A stretch of DNA of 64,000 bases from assembly GCA_958009085.1 (NCBI GenBank), contig OY253671.1, positions 186,001-250,000 on the forward strand. Direction: 5' to 3'. The notes under the pieces are model-generated. The model was given only the letters and a program-made list of their open reading frames with translations, had not been told where the DNA came from and did not search any database. The stretch is from Protoeuglena noctilucae (taxonomy: Eukaryota). The position numbers and the translations under genes were made by a program. Positions 58,692-64,000 of this stretch are shown here, piece by piece (the stretch's first letter is position 1; each line of letters begins with the position of its first letter).

Positions 58692-61600
58692 ATGGACGCC
58701 AGGCATCGTTACATAGCGAATAAGGTGCGTGTGGATCGGGAGGGCCGGAAGGCTGTCCTCGGCGACGGACCAGTTCTGCCGAAGGCGGAGAGCCAGGCTC
58801 CGTGGCGCCTGTGGGTCCCCAGGCGTTCCTCATTCATCTCCCGCTCCATCGATCCAAAGGCGTCGGCTATGTCGGGCAGCTAGCTTGGCACCGGAAAGCG
58901 TGCGATTGCAGCGCCCCTGCGGCCCTCACCGCGCCTCTCCGGCTCCGTAGATGCTTCGGTTTGCGGTGTAGGGTCACGGATGACCGGATCCCCGCGCTCG
59001 CGACCCCGCAGGTGGCGGAGGTTTTCGGCGTCGCGCCCAGGCGTGCGGATGCCGTCGTGTCGGCCAACAAGGCCCGCGTGGACGAGGTCCTGAAGGCCAA
59101 TGGCTCTGAACAGGTTAGCGCGCCGCCGTGGGCCCCCGGAATGTGCCCTGGCCCCCGGGACGCGCTGCGAGTCCCCGGCATGTAGGCTGTGCCCGCGCAC
59201 CCCCCGCGACCCCATTTACCAGTATTCCCGCCTCCCGCATGCGCAGGCTGCCGTTTTCACATATGAGATTCCAGAGACGAAGAACGCCGAGGGCGAGTGG
59301 GTGCCCTCGGGGACGACGCCGCACCTCGAGTATGGCATGCGTGAGGGGAGGAAGATCACGGGGAGGGTGCTGTACTTTGTCCGCTCCAACCCCAAGGGCG
59401 TCGGAGAGAAGACGGCGGAAGCGGGTGAGCCCGCGGCGGGAAGTCCTTAGACCCCCTGGCCCCTCCCGCATGCTCGCCGAACCTCATCGCCCCGCCTCGC
59501 GCGCGCAGACCTCGTCTGGGGCACGGTGGACGGCGAGACCATCGACTGCTTCCGCGCGATCGTGTCGGACGTGTTCGTCCCCGTCCTGAAGGAGCAGGCG
59601 GGCTGGGGCAAGAACACGCAGCAGGAGACCACCGAGTTCCTGCACCTGGCCACCAAGTTCTCCTCCGTGCTGAATGAGGCGGTCATGTCCATCCACTCGG
59701 GCCTGGAGCTGCCCATGCCCGACGCGCAGGTGCGCGCGCGGACCGCCGGATGCGCTCGACTGCATTTGCGCACGCAGCCCGCCGACGCGCCCCCGCCCCG
59801 GCCCCGGCCCGCAGTCCACGGACGTGGAGCTGAAGCCTTACGCGTTCACCAAGGCCGCGGACAACCCGGAGCTGGTGGCGAACCTGGAGAGCGTGCTCAA
59901 GGTCTGGTGTGACAGCATTGAGCGCCTCCTGGCGGACGAGGCGCGCGCGGGCGGCGAGAACGACGGCCCGGACACGGAGCTCGAGTACTGGCGCGCGCGC
60001 ATGGCCAAGCTCAACTCGGTGATGGAGCAGCTGAAGAAGCGGGAGGCGCGCGTCGTGCTGGGCGTGCTCATGGCGGCCCGGTCCAAGGTCTACAAGCAGT
60101 GGAAGGCCGTGGACGTGCGCATCACGGACGTGGCGAACGAGGCCAAGGACAACGTCAAGTACCTCATCACGCTGGAGAAGAGCCTGGAGCCCATGTACAG
60201 CGGGACGCCGCACAACGTGATTGACGCCATGCCGTCGCTGATGAACAACATCAAGATGATGCACACCATCGCGCGGTACTACAACACCCCCGAGCGCATG
60301 ACCACGCTCCTGTGCAAGGTCACCAACCAGCTCATCGCCAACTGCCGCCGCTTCATCGAGCACCCCGGCAAGATGTGGGACCAGGACCTGGGGTCTCTCC
60401 TCGACAACCTGGCCATCACGCTCCGGTGAGGGCCGCATCGCCGCGACCGCGCGTTGCCACGAGCCTCCCGCGCTGCCGCTGCCGATGTGGTCGCGTCGGC
60501 GCACATTCCGCGGCTGCGTGTGCCCCGCCTTATCAACGCCATCGCGTGCAACGCGTCCCGCAGGGTGCGCGAGCGTTACGAGGAGGAGTACGTCGCGACT
60601 AAGCACCGCGCCGCGGCCCAGGCGCGCGGCGGCGGGGCGTTTGCGTTTGACGAGTCGCGCATCTTCCGCAAGTTCGACCTCTTCTGCAAGCGTGTGCGCA
60701 AGCTGCAGAGCATGTTTACGACGGGTGAGGGCGGGCGGGGCTCGAAGTTGCGGGCGCGTGCTCGCAAGACGGAGCGGTGCATTGTCAGCTGCGGGGATAT
60801 CTGATGTGCTTTGCCGACACTCTCTGCCCCCGCGCGCCCCCGCAGTGCGTCAGTTCTCGTCGCTGGCGGAGCACACGCACATCGAGGGCCTCGAGGCGGT
60901 GATCCAGCGTTTCGCGGAGATTGCCGACGACATGAAGCGCAAGCCGTACGACCTGCTGGACTTCACCGACTCGAAGTTCGACCGCGACCTCATGGACTTC
61001 GAGGTCCAGATCCACGACCTGGAGACGCAGCTGCAGAGCTTCATCAACTCGGCGTTCGAGAACATCAGCTCGACCGAGCAGGCGCTCAACCTGCTGCAGC
61101 AGTTCCAGACCATCCTGCAGCGCGACACGCTGCGCGCGGATCTCCAGGACAAGTACATGGTCATCTTCCACAACTACGGCTTCGACCTGGAGAACGTGCA
61201 GGCCGTGTACGAGAAGCACAAAAACAACCCGCCCGTGCCGCGCAACGCCCCGCCGATCGCCGGCAACATCATGTGGGCTCGGCAGCTCCTGCGGCGCATC
61301 GAGGAGCCCATGCGCAAGTTCGCGAGCAACCAGGCCATCATGTCGTCGAAGGAGGCCAAGCGCGTGGTGCGCGTGTACAACCGCGTGGCGCAGACGCTCA
61401 TTAAGTTCGAGATGCTCTGGGTCAACTACTTCCTGGCCAAGATCGAGCGCGACAAGGCCGGCCTGCAGGCCACGCTCCTGGTCCGCCACCCGGAGGACGG
61501 CCGGCTGCTGGTCAACTTCGACCGCGACATCCTGCAGCTTATGCGCGAGGCCAAGTACCTGCAGCGCATGGGCATCGAGATCCCCGAGTCGGCCAAGATG

Positions 61601-64000
61601 GTGCTGCTGCAGGAGGACAAGTTCAAGTCCTACTACAACCAGCTCACGCACGTGCTCAAGGAGGCCGAGTGCATCGAGCGGTCGATCCCGGACATGCTCC
61701 AGCGGCTGATGCAGCCCCACATCGTGGACCTGGAGCAGAAGATCCAGCCGGGGCTGTACGTGCTCACGTGGACGAGCATGAACATCGACGCGTACCTGCA
61801 CCGCATCCACCACGCCATGCAGGCGCTCGACGAGCTCGTGCGCAAGGTGTCCGACATGCTCACCAACCGCGTGGAGGCCAACGTGACGCGGCTGGGGCGC
61901 ACGCGGCTCGTGCGCCTGCCCACCGACCAGACGGTCACCATCGACGACTTCAAGAGCCACCAGTCCAAGATGATCCGCGCGCGCGCAAACGTGAGGCTGC
62001 CGCTGCGACCTGCCTTGGCACCATGCAGCCGCCCCGTCCACCGCCCCCGCTCCCGCCCCCTTACCTGCAGAACCTGCGCATCAAGAACGAGGAGGTGCAG
62101 CGCGCGCTCAGCGACATCGTGGGCCTCCTCGACTCCTACCCCCGCGAGAACACCTCCACCTCGATCCCCCAGTCGGACGTCAACGAGCTCCGGCGCTTCT
62201 ACTCGCGCCAGATGTACGAGTCGGTGCTGAAGGCGACCAAGATCGCCTTCTCCGCGATGAAGGAGCGCCTGGCGGGCACGGCCTCGGCCGGTTTCCTGTT
62301 CGTGGACCGCCCGTTCTTTGACGTCGACGTCGAGCTCGCCGTGCCCAACATCACGCTCAGCCCGTCCCTGGAGGACATCCAGGTGGCCATCAACGTGACG
62401 GCCAAGGAGGTCCTGGCTTGCTCCAAGGAGATCCAGGCCTGGGGGCCCGACTACCCCCCCAACAGCGCTTTCTTTGAGAAGCTGGCCGCAGACCGCGAGA
62501 TCGTCGTCTCGGTGCTGCTGCTCACCGGCTCCGTCGAGAGCCTCAAGAAGGAGGTCAGGCGAGTGACGCGCGTGCCCTTGTGCAGTCAGCCACTGTTGTG
62601 CGGTGCGGGGGGTGCGTGGCGGTGACCGGTGCTTCCCGAGACGCTCGCTTGGGCCATGCTGCGCCCGCTCTCTCTACGCCGCCGCTTTGGGAACGTGCCG
62701 CGCTAAGGCCGCATGCTTCTGCCGGCACACGCCAGGGAGCTGCTTCACAAGCAGCTCGGTCATGCTGCCCTCGTGTTGCACCGACGCCTCGTGACGGCCC
62801 TCTCCGCTCGGCCCGCAGGAGCTACCTGTCGATGTTTGACCGCTTCTCGTTCCTGTGGAAGACGGACATGCAGGCCGAGTACGACAAGTTCATGAAGACC
62901 AACCCGTCCTTGGAGGCGGTGGAGGTGGAGCTGAAGAAGTACGACGACATTGAGCAGCAGATCACGGTCGTGGCCCCCGTCCACAACATCGGGTGCCTCT
63001 CCATCGAGACCACGCGCCTCAAGACGGCCCTCAGGTGCGGCGGCGGCAGTGTTGGCCGGCGTGCCTGCAAGTTGCGGTCCCGAGTCGGCCCGTACGCAGT
63101 GCCGGGCCGGTAGCGGCAGCCAGCGCGGTGCGTGCCTGGGTTCAAACTCAAACCCTTTCCGCTCCGCCGCTGCGTTTCGCAGGCAGGAGGCTGCGCAGTG
63201 GAAGGCCAAGTTCTCTCAGAACCTGCACGACCAGGCCCAGAAGCAGCTGGACGCGTTCATGGACTACGTGGGCCAGTCGATGAAGCAGCTGGAGAGCTAC
63301 CAGAAGAAGATCACGAAGCTCGACCTGGACGACGTGCGCAACGTCATGATGCTGCTCAACGAGGTCCGCGAGCGCGAGGCCGACATCGACAACACGATTC
63401 TGCCAATCGAGGACATGTACAACCTGCTCAACCGCTTCAACGTCCCGGTGGACAAGGAGGAGCAGGACCAGGTGGCGGACCTGAACTACTCGTGGGAGAA
63501 GCTCCGGAGGCTCGCGGGCGACGTGGCGGACCGGCTGACGGAGCTGCAGGGCGGCTACAAGCTCGACCTCATCACGCACGTGCGCGAGTTCGTAGCCGAC
63601 GTTGCCAAGTTCCGCGAGAGCTGGGAGCGCGACGGGCCCATGGTCGAGGGCCTGGACCCGATGGAGGCCAACAACAAGCTCAACCAGTTCCGCCCCATCT
63701 TCGAGGCGAAGCGGACCAAGTGGCTGCGGTACCAGCAGGGCGAGGAGGTGTTCGGGCTTCCGGTGACCAAGTACCCCGAGCTGGAGCAGACGGAGAAGGA
63801 GATCGAGAACCTGGCGAAGCTGCACGGGCTGTACGTGGAGGTGGTGGAGACGATGGAGCGGTACGGCAGCATGCTGTGGGTCGACGTGGTGGAGCGGCTG
63901 CAGGAGCTGAGCGAGACGGTGGTACTGTTCCAATCCAAGTCGAACAAGCTCCCGAAGGGGTCGCTGCGGACGTGGCCGGCGTACACGGACTGCCGGAAGC
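58692..64000 (+). CDS. ODA2: Outer-arm dynein gamma heavy chain (ODA2/DNAH5-8 type), N-terminal tail; truncated by the window end
   Basis: MDARHRYIANK start, GPDTELEYWR, EAKDNVKYL, ARYYNTPERMT, PRNAPPIAGNIMWARQL, LLVNFD, WTSMNI, GPMVEGL.P.EA. Confidence 0.93.

Overview
A very GC-rich, gene-dense, intron-rich nuclear segment of a flagellated green alga (core-chlorophyte-like by its LHC types). It is not prokaryotic: most long ORFs in the supplied track are read-throughs of short introns or antisense shadows. By joining exons by hand I reconstructed about 27 protein-coding genes. In order: AGC kinase, carotenoid cleavage oxygenase, fatty acid photodecarboxylase (FAP), LhcbM-a, SnRK2-like kinase, a conserved unknown, AP-1 mu, a MOZART-like microprotein, RPA2, PsaG, LhcbM-b, APC10, EGY-type M50 protease, DUF1499, enkurin-domain protein, a second conserved unknown, Lhca, PsaF, LRRC56, RecQ, TrpD, Sec61beta, EF-hand mitochondrial carrier, Trx-m, an HNH-toxin-like protein, and the 5' part of outer-arm dynein gamma. 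I saw no RNA genes, CRISPR arrays or transposases. Most notable: (1) an Lhca6-type gene with two tandem alternative terminal exons, one giving an Lhca1-like tail; (2) a long first intron strongly conserved between two LhcbM paralogs whose flanking exons differ; (3) an apparent bicistronic MZT2-like/AP1M transcript; (4) about 18 GC-AG introns; (5) clustering and head-to-head pairing of photosynthesis and light genes; (6) a spliced homolog of bacterial HNH polymorphic-toxin domains. Gene models are manual, family assignments come from remembered motifs rather than database searches, and some 5' ends are uncertain.
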